The translations under genes and the position numbers were made by a program. The notes beneath the pieces were generated by a model, which was given only the letters and a program-made list of their open reading frames with translations, ran no database searches and was not told the origin of the DNA. From contig JBDHWG010000006.1 of assembly GCA_039810085.1 (NCBI GenBank), positions 85,265 to 149,264 of the forward strand: 64,000 nucleotides of DNA, read 5' to 3'. Of the stretch, positions 30,989 to 41,067 are shown piece after piece (positions within the stretch are counted from its first letter, which is position 1; the number at the start of each line of letters is the position of its first letter). The stretch comes from Anaerolineae bacterium. GTDB taxonomy: Bacteria > Chloroflexota > Anaerolineae > Epilineales > JAHCIE01.

Positions 30989-33013
30989 ATGCTTGCGGTT
31001 TTAGGTGGTTTCTTTCTTGCGGTGGTGGCCCTTATCGTCCTCGCCATCATCTTCTCGGGCATCCGCTTCATTCCCAACAATCGAATAGGCATCGTGGAAA
31101 AGCGTTTCAGCAGCCGTGGGTCCGTCAAATCGGGCTTCATCGCCCTCAACGGCGAGGCCGGTTACCAGCCGCAAGTGCTGCGTGGTGGTATCCACTTCCT
31201 TCGGCCATTCATGTACAGTGTCCATATCGCGCCACTGGTGACCATTCCCCAGGGCAAGATCGGCTACGTGTTCGCCCGCGACGGTCAGCCGCTCCAGCCG
31301 GGCCAGGCTCTCGCCTCCAACATCCAGGCGTGGGACTTCCAGGACGTGACGGGCTTCCTCAACAACGGTGGGCAGCGCGGCCCGCAGCGCCGCATCCTGC
31401 GCGAAGGGACGTATGCCATCAACCTGGCCGAGTTCGTGGTCATTACCGAGGAGAAGGTCTACTACCTCCCGCTCAACCGCGACGAGGAGGGCGTCATCCA
31501 GCGCATGGCGCAGGTGATCTCCGACCGCGGCGGCTTCCGGCCGGTCGTCATCAAGGACACCGACGACACTGTTGGCATCGTCACCGTCCACGACGGCCCA
31601 TCCCTGGGCGAGGGCGAGATTATCGCTCCGACAGTCGGCGATAACCCGGCGGGCGCCGACACCTACCACAACAACTTCCAGGACCCTGAGAAGTTCCTGC
31701 GCGCCGGTGGCCGACGTGGTCGTCAGCTACAAGTGCTCGTCGAAGGCACGTACTACATCAACCGCCTGTTCGCCACGGTCGAGATGATCTCGAAGACCAT
31801 CGTCGAAGTCGGCAACGTCGGTGTGGTCGTGTCCTACGCGGGCCAGGCGGGTGAGGACATCTCGGGTGAGGAGTACAAGCACGGTGAGTTGGTCACGCGC
31901 GGCGAGCGCGGCGTGTGGAGCACACCATTGATGCCTGGCAAGTACGCGTTCAACACGTATGCCGGGAAGGTCATCATGGTGCCGACCACCAATATCATCC
32001 TGAAGTGGAACAGGAGCGAGACCGGCTCGCACCGCCTGGACGAGAACCTGTCGGAGGTCTCGCTCATCACCAAAGACGCCTTCGAGCCGTCGCTGCCCCT
32101 GTCCGTTGTCGTCCACATCGACTACCGCAAAGCGCCGCTGGTCATCCAGCGCTTCGGCGACGTCAAGCGCCTCGTCGAGCAGACACTTGACCCTATGGTG
32201 TCGGCGTATTTCAAGAACATCGGCCAGACCCGCACCCTGATTCAGCTCATCCAGGAGCGCAGTGACATTCAACGCCAGTCGAGCTTGGAGATGAAGGAGA
32301 AGTTCGCCCACTATAACCTGGAACTGGAGGAAGTCCTCATCGGCACCCCCGCTTCGTCGGCGGGCGACACCAAGATCGAGAACATCCTCACCCAGCTCCG
32401 CGACCGCCAGATCGCCGCTGAGCAGATCGAGACTTACGGCCAGCAGGAACGCGCCGCCGTCAAGGAGCGCGAGCTGCGCGAGGCTCAGGCCCGCGCCAAG
32501 CAGCAGCAGTTCATCACCGAGTCCGAGCTGAGCATCACTGTCCAGAGCAACCAGGGCAAGGCCGAGTACCAGCGTGCCCTGCAGCAAGCAGCCCAAATTC
32601 GCGCCCTGGCCGAGGCCGAGGCCGAGAAGGCGGCGCGCATCGGCATCGGTGAGGCCATCGGCATCGAGGAGAAGGTGCGGGCGTACGGTGGGCCGCAGTA
32701 CCAGGTGACACAGCAGGTGATGAACCGCTTCGCCGAGGCTATCCAGCAGGCGGGGGTGGACGTGGTGCCGAAGATCGTCATCAGCGACGGGGCCGGGAAT
32801 GGCAACGGCCACACCGGCGGGCAGGGCAGCACGTTGATGGAAGGCTTGTTGGCGATGCTTCTGTCGGAGCGGATGGGCCAGCCCATTGTCGGCGACGGAG
32901 CAGCGCGTCGGCCGGAGGTCGAGGCGCTCAGCGAGCAGATCCGCAAGGGCCTGCTGGCAAGCACACAGGCTGAAGCCGCTGCGCCACCGGCAGCGGCGAC
33001 CACCAAGAATTAA
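30989..33013 (+). CDS. Flotillin-like SPFH/Band-7 protein (YqiK/FloA-like) with long coiled-coil C-terminus
   Basis: N-terminal TM anchor, SPFH domain, then an extended Ala/Gln/Glu-rich heptad region (REAQARAKQQQFITESELS...). AAGGAGGG RBS. Confidence 0.8.
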   Translation: MLAVLGGFFLAVVALIVLAIIFSGIRFIPNNRIGIVEKRFSSRGSVKSGFIALNGEAGYQPQVLRGGIHFLRPFMYSVHIAPLVTIPQGKIGYVFARDGQPLQPGQALASNIQAWDFQDVTGFLNNGGQRGPQRRILREGTYAINLAEFVVITEEKVYYLPLNRDEEGVIQRMAQVISDRGGFRPVVIKDTDDTVGIVTVHDGPSLGEGEIIAPTVGDNPAGADTYHNNFQDPEKFLRAGGRRGRQLQVLVEGTYYINRLFATVEMISKTIVEVGNVGVVVSYAGQAGEDISGEEYKHGELVTRGERGVWSTPLMPGKYAFNTYAGKVIMVPTTNIILKWNRSETGSHRLDENLSEVSLITKDAFEPSLPLSVVVHIDYRKAPLVIQRFGDVKRLVEQTLDPMVSAYFKNIGQTRTLIQLIQERSDIQRQSSLEMKEKFAHYNLELEEVLIGTPASSAGDTKIENILTQLRDRQIAAEQIETYGQQERAAVKERELREAQARAKQQQFITESELSITVQSNQGKAEYQRALQQAAQIRALAEAEAEKAARIGIGEAIGIEEKVRAYGGPQYQVTQQVMNRFAEAIQQAGVDVVPKIVISDGAGNGNGHTGGQGSTLMEGLLAMLLSERMGQPIVGDGAARRPEVEALSEQIRKGLLASTQAEAAAPPAAATTKN

Positions 33014-33031
33014 GGTTTCAGACCCGATTAC

Positions 33032-33062
33032 AAGGGGCGCACGATATCCGCGTGCGCCCCTT
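33032..33062. terminator. Bidirectional terminator hairpin (AAGGGGCGCACG / CGTGCGCCCCTT)
   Basis: 12-bp perfect stem between convergent genes. Confidence 0.55.
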
Positions 33063-33085
33063 GCGTTCAAGACGGTGACGACGGC

Positions 33086-33871
33086 TCATTTCACCAAGAG
33101 TTGAGCAGCCCATGCTGCCTCAGCTTCAGTGAGAGGTGGCTCGACGGGGCGTTGATAGTCAAGGGCATAGTCATAGCCGCTCCGATCATACACCGTCGTA
33201 AATACTTGTTGAAGATCGAGAGCCACTTCTGGGTCATTCTCAGCCAACGGCACCGAGATGGTGGGCAGACGATGGCGCAGCGTCCAGGGGAACACCTCTG
33301 CATTCGGACGCTGCTGAACACGAGACACGAACACATAGAAGTGGGCCGGCGGCAAGGGGTCAATCGTGGGCAGCCGCTCGCCCACGCGTAGTAAGTCCAG
33401 CTCAACCAGATGGGTCGAACTCCCTAATATTGTGTCGCGCTTATTCAAGTATTCGCGTCGCCCGTCGCTTCCGAAGCGTTTGTTGCTGGGTGAAAGGACT
33501 TCGATCACTGTGATCACCTCGGCCTGGTCACGTGTCGATATGGTCAGGAAAGCTTCGCGCCTACGCTCAGGGACGGGCAACGCGAGAATGACCGGCTGTA
33601 CCTCCGCAGCTGTGACGGCATGACTGGCGTCGCCAGCAAGCCCCATTCCTTCGGGTGGCTCAAGCAATGCCACATCAGGCTGAATCACCCGCGATTGGCC
33701 CCACGACGCATGCTCAAGATAGATACGAAGTTCAACCTTGACAACGTAGCGCGGGCGAAGGCGGGCGGTCAGCGTTTCGCGGAGGCCCGAAATGAATTCG
33801 TGGTGAAAGTCCTCCCACGCCTGACTTTCGATGAACGGGTCCATCCCAGGAAAGGGTGATGGCATGCTCAA
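33086..33871 (-). CDS. DUF4058-family protein
   Basis: N-terminus MPSPFPGMDPFIE is the hallmark of DUF4058 proteins abundant in Cyanobacteria and Chloroflexi. Function unknown. Confidence 0.65.
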   Translation of the reverse strand: MSMPSPFPGMDPFIESQAWEDFHHEFISGLRETLTARLRPRYVVKVELRIYLEHASWGQSRVIQPDVALLEPPEGMGLAGDASHAVTAAEVQPVILALPVPERRREAFLTISTRDQAEVITVIEVLSPSNKRFGSDGRREYLNKRDTILGSSTHLVELDLLRVGERLPTIDPLPPAHFYVFVSRVQQRPNAEVFPWTLRHRLPTISVPLAENDPEVALDLQQVFTTVYDRSGYDYALDYQRPVEPPLTEAEAAWAAQLLVK

Positions 33872-33889
33872 CCTCCTCCGTGCCAGGCT

Positions 33890-34942
33890 CTACTCGACTG
33901 AGCCGAGGAAGCCGAAGAATAGAGCACTCCAGCGCTCGGCGGCATCGACGATGGGGCCGTGGCCCGAACCTTCGAACATCTCCATCTGCACCCGACCGCC
34001 AGCGGCCTGGTAACGCTCAAGGATAGTGCGAATCTGCGTGACCATCGGCTGCGGCGGGAAGACGTCGTCGCCGGGCCATCCCGGTACGACGCCCATCTTG
34101 CCTAGCGTACCCATGTCCCAGGCCGACCCATCAGCCACCACGATGTCATTGGTGCCATGCGTCCACAGAATAGGCGGCTTCGGGTCAATATCAACGATGG
34201 CGGACCAGTTGCAGTACTTGCCCGACAGGGCGTTGAGGATACCCCGTGTGCCCGGCGCAACACCCGGCCAGTTCTGTGAGGCTACGAAATCCCCAGGATA
34301 GCCGTCCTCCCCCGTGACAGACTTCAGAATCTCATCCACGAGCATGTCCTCGCGGTCTGGTGGCTCTTCATGAGTGGGTGACCAATACGACGAGCGCATA
34401 ACGTTGCGCGGCGACATGGGCGACTCGGCCGAGCGGTCCTTGCTCGCCAGCCGCTGGACAAATTCCGGCGCGCCAACGCCGCCGCCCGAACCGGCGTAGT
34501 CCGGAAAACAGGGGCTACCGTCGGCCTTGACGCCGCCAAAGCCATACGGCGAAACAGGATCGACAAACGTCAGCGACGCAACCGGCCGATCCATGGCATA
34601 CGCGGCGATAGCAGCCCCACCCGTCGACCAGCCGACCAGGTGTACCGGGCGCTCGATGCCGAGGCGCCGAACAAGGGAGTAGGTATCGTCGGCCCAATCC
34701 CGCAGCCCGCGCGTCGCATCAATCGGCTTAGGCTCGCTGTCGCCAAACCCGCGCATATCTGGGGCGATGCAGCGATAGCGCGCCGGAGCGCCGGGGAAGA
34801 GGTGCTCGTAGAAACGGCCGGTCGCCAGGTTGCCGTGAATGAATACAATCGGGATGCCATCTTCAGGCCCCGACTCGATGTAGTGCATACGCAGACGCTC
34901 GGTGGTGACAATGTGCGAGCGCACGCCAGACGGCAGGTCCAT
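33890..34942 (-). CDS. Alpha/beta-fold hydrolase
   Basis: VFIHGNLATGRFY...HLVGWSTGG nucleophile elbow (G-x-S-x-G) and overall alpha/beta-hydrolase layout. Confidence 0.8.
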   Translation of the reverse strand: MDLPSGVRSHIVTTERLRMHYIESGPEDGIPIVFIHGNLATGRFYEHLFPGAPARYRCIAPDMRGFGDSEPKPIDATRGLRDWADDTYSLVRRLGIERPVHLVGWSTGGAAIAAYAMDRPVASLTFVDPVSPYGFGGVKADGSPCFPDYAGSGGGVGAPEFVQRLASKDRSAESPMSPRNVMRSSYWSPTHEEPPDREDMLVDEILKSVTGEDGYPGDFVASQNWPGVAPGTRGILNALSGKYCNWSAIVDIDPKPPILWTHGTNDIVVADGSAWDMGTLGKMGVVPGWPGDDVFPPQPMVTQIRTILERYQAAGGRVQMEMFEGSGHGPIVDAAERWSALFFGFLGSVE

Positions 34943-35066
34943 GTGTAGCCTCCTGTAGAGAGTGTGCGGCGTATTATAGCTGTGGCGGTCTACAAAGTCA
35001 TCCTGGCGTCCAAGACAGTCTATAATATGGTGTCTAGCTTTGAGACATCGGAGGACCTGAACACCT

Positions 35067-37208
35067 ATGACAGCCCCTAGCCCTGACTCGCCCCGCTACC
35101 TCGACTTTCGCGCCCCCCTTGGCGTGCGCGTGAGCGACCTTCTCTCCCGCATGACCCTTGAGGAGAAGATTGCCCAGCTCAACAACGCGGCGCCGGCCAT
35201 CCAACGCCTGGGCGTTCCGGCCTACAACTATTGGAGCGAGGCGCTGCATGGCGTGGCGCGCAACGGGCGGGCGACGGTATTTCCCCAGGCCATCGGCATG
35301 GCCGCGACGTGGGACCCGTCCCTCATCCTACGCGTCGCGTCGGCCATCGCTGAGGAAGGGCGGGCGAAGTACCATGCGGCGCTGCGGCAGAAGGGCAGCG
35401 CGGGTTGGTACCAGGGCCTTACGTTCTGGAGCCCCAACATCAACATCTTCCGCGACCCGCGCTGGGGGCGCGGTCAGGAGACGTGGGGCGAGGACCCGTT
35501 CCTGACGGGCACGTTGGGAACGGCTTTCGTGCGCGGCCTGCAAGGGGGCGATCCCAACTATCTCAAGGCCGCCGCGTGCGCCAAGCACTTCGCCGTCCAT
35601 AGCGGCCCAGAGGCGCTACGCCACGGCTTCGACGCGCAAGTCTCGCCCCGCGACCTGCGCGACACCTACCTACCCGCCTTCGAGATGGTGGTGCGCGAGG
35701 GCCAGGTCGAGGCGGTCATGGGCGCATACAACCGCGTCAACGGCGAGCCGTGCTGCGCCAGTCAGCTCTTGCTGGTGGACATTCTGCGCGGCGAGTGGGG
35801 CTTCCAGGGCCACGTCGTCTCGGACTGCGGCGCGCTCGACGACATTCACCTCCACCACAAGGTCACGGCTGACGCCGTCGAGACCGTCGCCCTCGCCTTG
35901 AAGCGGGGCTGCGACCTGTGCTGCGGCACGACGTACGCCCACGCGAAGGAGGCCGTCGACCGCGGCCTTATCACTGAGGAGGACATCGACCGCGCCCTCG
36001 GCCGCCTGCTAACGACCCGTTTCAAGCTGGGCATGTTCGACCCGCCGCAGGAAGTCGAATGGGCCGACACCCCGATGAGCGTCGTCGGCAGCGAGGCCCA
36101 CCGTCAACTTGCTTACGAGACGGCGCTCAAGTCGGTCGTCCTGCTCAAGAACCAGGACAACTTCCTGCCCCTGACGGACCGCATTCGGAGTCTCCACGTC
36201 GTAGGCCCGACGGCGACGAGTGTCGAGGTGCTATTGGGCAACTACTACGGCCTGAGCGACCACCTGACGACGCTGCTCGAGGGCGTGGTCGGTCGGCTGC
36301 CGGAGGGGACGGGCCTCGCCTACCGCATGGGCGCCAATCTGATCCACCCGAACGCCAACGCCCACGACTGGCTCTACCAGGAAGTCGCTAGCTCGGACGC
36401 TGTGATTGCCTGCGTCGGTCTGTCACCGCAGTTGGAGGGCGAAGAGGGTGACGCCATCGAGTCGGCGGCGAACGGCGACCGCGTGGATATCGGTCTGCCC
36501 GCCGTCCAGGTGGAGTTCGTCAAGCGGCTGGCCGCGACCGGCGCGAAGATCGTCCTCGTCGTAACAGGCGGCGGGCCGATTGCGCTCGGCGAGGTGGCCG
36601 ACCTCGTCCAAGCTATCCTCTTTGTCTGGTATCCAGGCCAGGAAGGAGGCCGCGCCGCCGCCGACATCCTGTTTGGCGCCGCCTCACCGTCGGGCAAGCT
36701 GCCGGTGACGTTCCCGGAGTCCCTCGACCAGCTTCCGCCGTTCGAAGACTACAGCATGGCGGGCCGGACGTATCGCTACATGGACGCCGAACCGCTGTAC
36801 CCGTTCGGCTTTGGCCTGAGCTACACCACCTTCGCCTATTCGGATCTCAAGCTATCCCACGCGACGATTAACGCGGGCCAGAGGCTCAGCTTCCTGTTCA
36901 CCCTGACCAACACCGGCGCAGTCGAAGCCGAGGAGGTGGCCCAGGTCTACCTGAGCGACCTGGCGGCGTCCGTGGTCGTTCCTCACCACAAGCTCGTCGG
37001 CTTCCAGCGCCTGCGCCTCGCGCCGGGTGAGAGCCAGACAGTCTCGTTCACGCTGACGCCGGACATGATGATGCTGGTGGACGACGCGGGCAAGCGCAAA
37101 CTGGAACCGGGCCGCTTCCGCGTGACAGTTGGCGGCTGCTCACCTGGCCCGCGCGGTCAGGTTCTCGGCGCACCTCAGCCGCTTCAGGCTGAATTCAGCG
37201 TCGTTTGA
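35067..37208 (+). CDS. Glycoside hydrolase family 3 beta-glucosidase/beta-xylosidase
   Basis: GH3 N-terminal domain (…SDCGALDD…, catalytic-Asp region), C-terminal alpha/beta sandwich and fibronectin-like domain. Confidence 0.9.
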   Translation: MTAPSPDSPRYLDFRAPLGVRVSDLLSRMTLEEKIAQLNNAAPAIQRLGVPAYNYWSEALHGVARNGRATVFPQAIGMAATWDPSLILRVASAIAEEGRAKYHAALRQKGSAGWYQGLTFWSPNINIFRDPRWGRGQETWGEDPFLTGTLGTAFVRGLQGGDPNYLKAAACAKHFAVHSGPEALRHGFDAQVSPRDLRDTYLPAFEMVVREGQVEAVMGAYNRVNGEPCCASQLLLVDILRGEWGFQGHVVSDCGALDDIHLHHKVTADAVETVALALKRGCDLCCGTTYAHAKEAVDRGLITEEDIDRALGRLLTTRFKLGMFDPPQEVEWADTPMSVVGSEAHRQLAYETALKSVVLLKNQDNFLPLTDRIRSLHVVGPTATSVEVLLGNYYGLSDHLTTLLEGVVGRLPEGTGLAYRMGANLIHPNANAHDWLYQEVASSDAVIACVGLSPQLEGEEGDAIESAANGDRVDIGLPAVQVEFVKRLAATGAKIVLVVTGGGPIALGEVADLVQAILFVWYPGQEGGRAAADILFGAASPSGKLPVTFPESLDQLPPFEDYSMAGRTYRYMDAEPLYPFGFGLSYTTFAYSDLKLSHATINAGQRLSFLFTLTNTGAVEAEEVAQVYLSDLAASVVVPHHKLVGFQRLRLAPGESQTVSFTLTPDMMMLVDDAGKRKLEPGRFRVTVGGCSPGPRGQVLGAPQPLQAEFSVV

Positions 37209-37247
37209 AACTTGTCTATGGTCGTTGATGGTTGAGGAGATCTAGCG

Positions 37248-38765
37248 ATGGTTGAACACGTTGATGTATTAGTCGTCGGGGCGGGGCTATCGGGTGTCGC
37301 AGCGGGCTACTACTTGCAAACGCGCTGCCCGACGAAGAGTTATGTCATTCTCGAAGGCCGCGACCAGATGGGCGGAACGTGGGACCTGTTCCGCTATCCC
37401 GGCGTCCGCTCCGACTCCGAGATGTACACGCTCGGCTTCACGTTCCGCCCCTGGCGCGGCGAGAAGGCCATCGCCGACGGCCCGTCCATCCTCCAGTACA
37501 TTCGTGAGACGGCACAGCACTACGGCATCGACCGCAAGATCCGCTACGGGCATCGCGTGCGGCGAGCGTCCTGGTCCTCAACCGACTCACTATGGACCGT
37601 CGAAGTGGAGCGCGGGCCGAATCAGGAACTCGTGCGCTTCACGTGCAATTTCCTGTTCATGTGTACCGGCTACTACAACTACGCCGAGGGCTACACGCCC
37701 GACTGGCCGGGTGTGGAGCGATTCAAGGGGCGCATCGTTCACCCGCAGCACTGGCCGATGGACTTGGACTATACAGGACAGAAGGTGGTTGTCATTGGTA
37801 GTGGGGCAACCGCTGTTACGCTCGTGCCGACCATGGCCGAGCAGGCCGCCCACGTGACGATGCTCCAGCGCTCGCCGACGTACATCGTCTCGCGGCCATC
37901 GCGGGACGAGGTCGCCAACTGGATGTATCAGCGCCTGCCCACGCGGCTTGCGTACGAAATCACGCGCTGGAAGTCGGTGCTGATTGGGATGTACTTCTAC
38001 CTTCTGGCGCGCTGGAAGCCCGAACAGACCAAGCGGGCTATCGTCCGCATGGCGCGGGAGCAGCTCGGCCCACACTACGACGTGGAGACGCACTTCACCC
38101 CGCGCTACAACCCCTGGGATCAGCGGCTCTGCCTCGCCCCGGACGGCGACTTCTTCGCCGCCATCCGCTCTGGCAAGGTCTCGGTGGTCACGGACCAGAT
38201 CGAGACGTTCACCGAGATGGGCATCCGCCTGCGCTCCGGCCAGGAGCTGCCCGCCGATCTGATCGTGACGGCGACGGGTCTGAAGATGGAGATCATGAGC
38301 GGCGTGCAGCTCGTCGTGGACGGTGTCCCTGTGGACTTCGGCAAGGAGTACACCTACAAGGGAATGATGTACAGCGACATCCCGAACCTGGCGTCGGTGA
38401 TGGGCTACACGAATGCGTCGTGGACGTTGAAGTGTGAGCTGACGTGCGCCTACGTCTGCCGCCTGCTGAATTACATGGACGGCCACGGCTACACGCAGTG
38501 CATGCCGCGTTTGCATGACCCGTCGGTCACGCCGGAGCCACTGTTGAGCTTTACCTCCGGCTACGTGCTCCGCGCCAGCGACAGGCTCCCGCGCCAGGGG
38601 TCGAAGCGCCCGTGGAAGCTCCACCAGAACTACCTTCTCGATCTGATGACCCTGCGCATTGGCCGCCTCCGCGACAACGCGATGCAGTTCCAGAAGCGGG
38701 AACGGCAAGCGCCGCCGACACCGCAGGGCAGTGCCGCCTTACATACAGACGCACAAGCGCGTTGA
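37248..38765 (+). CDS. Flavin-containing monooxygenase (FMO/Baeyer-Villiger type)
   Basis: Dinucleotide fold GAGLSG, FMO motif (…MGGTWDLFRYPG…), second GSGATA NADPH site. Confidence 0.85.
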   Translation: MVEHVDVLVVGAGLSGVAAGYYLQTRCPTKSYVILEGRDQMGGTWDLFRYPGVRSDSEMYTLGFTFRPWRGEKAIADGPSILQYIRETAQHYGIDRKIRYGHRVRRASWSSTDSLWTVEVERGPNQELVRFTCNFLFMCTGYYNYAEGYTPDWPGVERFKGRIVHPQHWPMDLDYTGQKVVVIGSGATAVTLVPTMAEQAAHVTMLQRSPTYIVSRPSRDEVANWMYQRLPTRLAYEITRWKSVLIGMYFYLLARWKPEQTKRAIVRMAREQLGPHYDVETHFTPRYNPWDQRLCLAPDGDFFAAIRSGKVSVVTDQIETFTEMGIRLRSGQELPADLIVTATGLKMEIMSGVQLVVDGVPVDFGKEYTYKGMMYSDIPNLASVMGYTNASWTLKCELTCAYVCRLLNYMDGHGYTQCMPRLHDPSVTPEPLLSFTSGYVLRASDRLPRQGSKRPWKLHQNYLLDLMTLRIGRLRDNAMQFQKRERQAPPTPQGSAALHTDAQAR

Positions 38766-38879
38766 CGATAGAGCTTACGGGGTGGGCGAGTCGTTGGACC
38801 ACAAAAAGCTCTGAAAGGATGCGAAAGACGCGAAAGGACTCGCCGCAGCGATACCCTCTCCTGAAAATACGCCTGGGCT

Positions 38880-38944
38880 GTCATGCCGACGAAGGAGGCA
38901 TCTGGGCTGCCGCAGTCCAGACTCCTCGCTCCGCTCGGAGTGAC
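38880..38944. repeat. Degenerate copy of GTCAC...GCATGAC palindromic element (minus-strand orientation)
   Basis: Reverse complement GTCACTCCGAGCGGAGCGAGGAGTCT...CGTCGGCATGACAG aligns with the 16721-16782 element. Confidence 0.45.
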
Positions 38945-39091
38945 AGCGATTTTCATTCGACCGCCGGTGAACGCAAGTTCATGGCTAACTTTCGCGTTTT
39001 TCGCGGGCTTTCGTGGCCTTCGCGGTCCGGAGGCCCATCCGGCGCGTAAGTCCTAATCCGTGAGAGGCTCCACGGCAAGGAGAACGGCGGC

Positions 39092-39115
39092 GGCGGGTGA
39101 TGCGCATCACCCGCC
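39092..39115. repeat. Perfect 24-bp palindrome GGCGGGTGATGCGCATCACCCGCC
   Basis: Read directly. Inside the 420-bp non-coding spacer between the convergent FMO and AOR genes. Confidence 0.5.
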
Positions 39116-39186
39116 GTTGCTCTTCCAAACAGTCCGAAGGACTTTGCTCCCTTAGCGCCACGGCTTTAGCCTGGCGCCCACTGCGG

Positions 39187-41052
39187 TTAGTCCGCTGCGA
39201 CGCTCATGCCGATGGACGGCCACAGCTCGCTGATAGCGAAGTCGAGGCCCAGCTCGGCGAGCTTCTCCGGCTTCGGCCGCCCGGTCGCCCAGTCCCAGCC
39301 GCGAATGTCGTACCACTCCCTGAGCATGCTGTCGAAGTCGGGCACAACACCCGCCGCGCCGCCGTACTCCAGCGGCTCGCTGAAGATCTTCGGCAGCTTG
39401 TCGTGGCTTCGGGAGAGGCCGCGGCGGTTGTTGAAGATGCGCTTGAGGTTCCAGGCCCGCTCGCCCAGGTGGATCGCCTCGGCCAGGTTGACCTCGCGCC
39501 CAATCGCCGCTGAGAACATGGCAGCGACGCCGTCGGGGGCCGGGTTCGAGAACATGCACATGATGAGGCTGTTGTAGAAGCTGCGCCAGTCCTGGATGCG
39601 CGCCGTGGCGAACGCCTTGCCGTCCGAGGTCTGGCGGTCAAGGCCGCCCATCCCCAGCTCTTCCAGGGCGCGACCCAGCTCGACCCAGTACATGTCACCC
39701 TGGTTGTGGCACGCGCCGCGCGGCGACGTGGCGTAGACGAGGGCCATGCCGGTCATGGCGCGCGGGTCGTGCATCGCCACCTCGAGGCCGTTGACCTGGA
39801 CGGCCAGGTCCTCGACGCCATAGCGGCGGCCGAGGGCGCGCGAGCCTTCGCCGAGCAGGACGCCGAAGCCCTGCTGGTGGGCGATCATGCCGACGAGCTG
39901 GATGGCCGTGTGGGTGTCACCCCAGCGCAGGACGAGACCGCCGGTGTCCGCCTCAGTGATGATGCCTTCGTTGTAAAGGTGGTAGGCGAAAGCGATGGTC
40001 GAGCCGACGGAGATGGTGTCCAGGCCGTAGGCGTTGCATAGGTGGTTGGCGTACGAGACTGCTTCGAGGTCGTCGCTCAGGATGAGCGAGCCAAACGCCG
40101 CAACGGTCTCGTACTCTGGTCCGTCGATGTGCGACTGCTTGTAGATTCCGCGCGTCTCGACGATACGCCAGCACGAGATCGGGCAGGTGTGGCACGCGCC
40201 GATGCCCGTCTGGATGGTCTCTTTCATGATGGAGCCGCTGAGCTTCTCAGCGCCGTCGTAGAAGCCCTGCCGCCAGTACTTGTTCGGCATGTCGCCGACC
40301 ATCATTAGGTAGTCCACGCCGCCGGCGGTGCCGGTCTCGCGGAACATGCGGACGCTGAAGTCGTCCTTCAACTCCTTGTACGCGACCTTGACGGAGTCGC
40401 GCATCGCTGCCTCGCTGGGCAGCGGGATCTTGCCCGTCCCGCGCGCCACGATGGCCTTGAGCCGCTTCGCACCCATCACCGCCCCCAGGCCGCCGCGCGC
40501 AGCAATGCGGCCCTCGTCGTTGACGATGCCCGACATGGGCAGCATGTGCTCGCCGCCGGGGCCGATACAGGCGATGCTGGCGCGCGGCTCGCCAAGCTGC
40601 TCCTTGAGGAGCGCCTGGGTGACGTAGATGTCTTTGCCCCACAGGTGACGCGCATCGATTAGCTCCGCCTGGCCGTCGCGCACCACGAGCACGACCGGTC
40701 GCGGCGAGCGGCCAGTGACGATGATGCCGTCATAGCCGGCGTAGCGCATCTGCGCGCCGAAGCGGCCGCCGGAGTTCGCCTCGCCCCAGCGCCCCGTCGC
40801 CGGCGAGAGACCGACGACGACGTGGCGGCCGCAGGCGGGCGCAGCGGTGCCGACCAGGGGACCGGCCATGAAGATGAGCGGCGCTTCAGGGCTAAGCGGC
40901 CCTGTCGCGGCATCCGTCAGGTCCCACAGGTAGCGGCCGGCGAGACCGCTGCCGCCGACGAAGTCACGCGCGTACGCTTCGTTGAGCGGCTCGTCGCGCA
41001 CAATCCCCGCACTCAAATCGACCCAGAGCAGTTTGCCGAGATAACCGTACAT
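39187..41052 (-). CDS. Aldehyde:ferredoxin oxidoreductase family (tungsten/molybdopterin, 4Fe-4S)
   Basis: AOR N-terminal domain LLWVDLS...GGSGLAGRYLWD and the full about 620-aa AOR architecture, with Cys ligands for the 4Fe-4S cluster. Confidence 0.85.
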   Translation of the reverse strand: MYGYLGKLLWVDLSAGIVRDEPLNEAYARDFVGGSGLAGRYLWDLTDAATGPLSPEAPLIFMAGPLVGTAAPACGRHVVVGLSPATGRWGEANSGGRFGAQMRYAGYDGIIVTGRSPRPVVLVVRDGQAELIDARHLWGKDIYVTQALLKEQLGEPRASIACIGPGGEHMLPMSGIVNDEGRIAARGGLGAVMGAKRLKAIVARGTGKIPLPSEAAMRDSVKVAYKELKDDFSVRMFRETGTAGGVDYLMMVGDMPNKYWRQGFYDGAEKLSGSIMKETIQTGIGACHTCPISCWRIVETRGIYKQSHIDGPEYETVAAFGSLILSDDLEAVSYANHLCNAYGLDTISVGSTIAFAYHLYNEGIITEADTGGLVLRWGDTHTAIQLVGMIAHQQGFGVLLGEGSRALGRRYGVEDLAVQVNGLEVAMHDPRAMTGMALVYATSPRGACHNQGDMYWVELGRALEELGMGGLDRQTSDGKAFATARIQDWRSFYNSLIMCMFSNPAPDGVAAMFSAAIGREVNLAEAIHLGERAWNLKRIFNNRRGLSRSHDKLPKIFSEPLEYGGAAGVVPDFDSMLREWYDIRGWDWATGRPKPEKLAELGLDFAISELWPSIGMSVAAD

Positions 41053-41067
41053 ATTGGCCTTCTCTCT

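Noticed and set aside
30661-34942. Possible genomic island integrated at tRNA-Gln (flotillin, DUF4058, hydrolase)
   Set aside because: No integrase, recombinase or excisionase is present. No direct repeat of the tRNA 3' end is seen downstream. GC content is not visibly different from the flanks. This is treated as ordinary chromosome.
38766-39186. RNase P, SRP, tmRNA or cobalamin-riboswitch identity for the long spacer
   Set aside because: The conserved cores were checked: GGAAAGTCCGGGC for RNase P, GTCAGGTCCGGAAGGAAGCAGC for SRP, the tmRNA tag region and the B12 box. None is present. Only generic repeats and palindromes are, so no specific RNA family is called.
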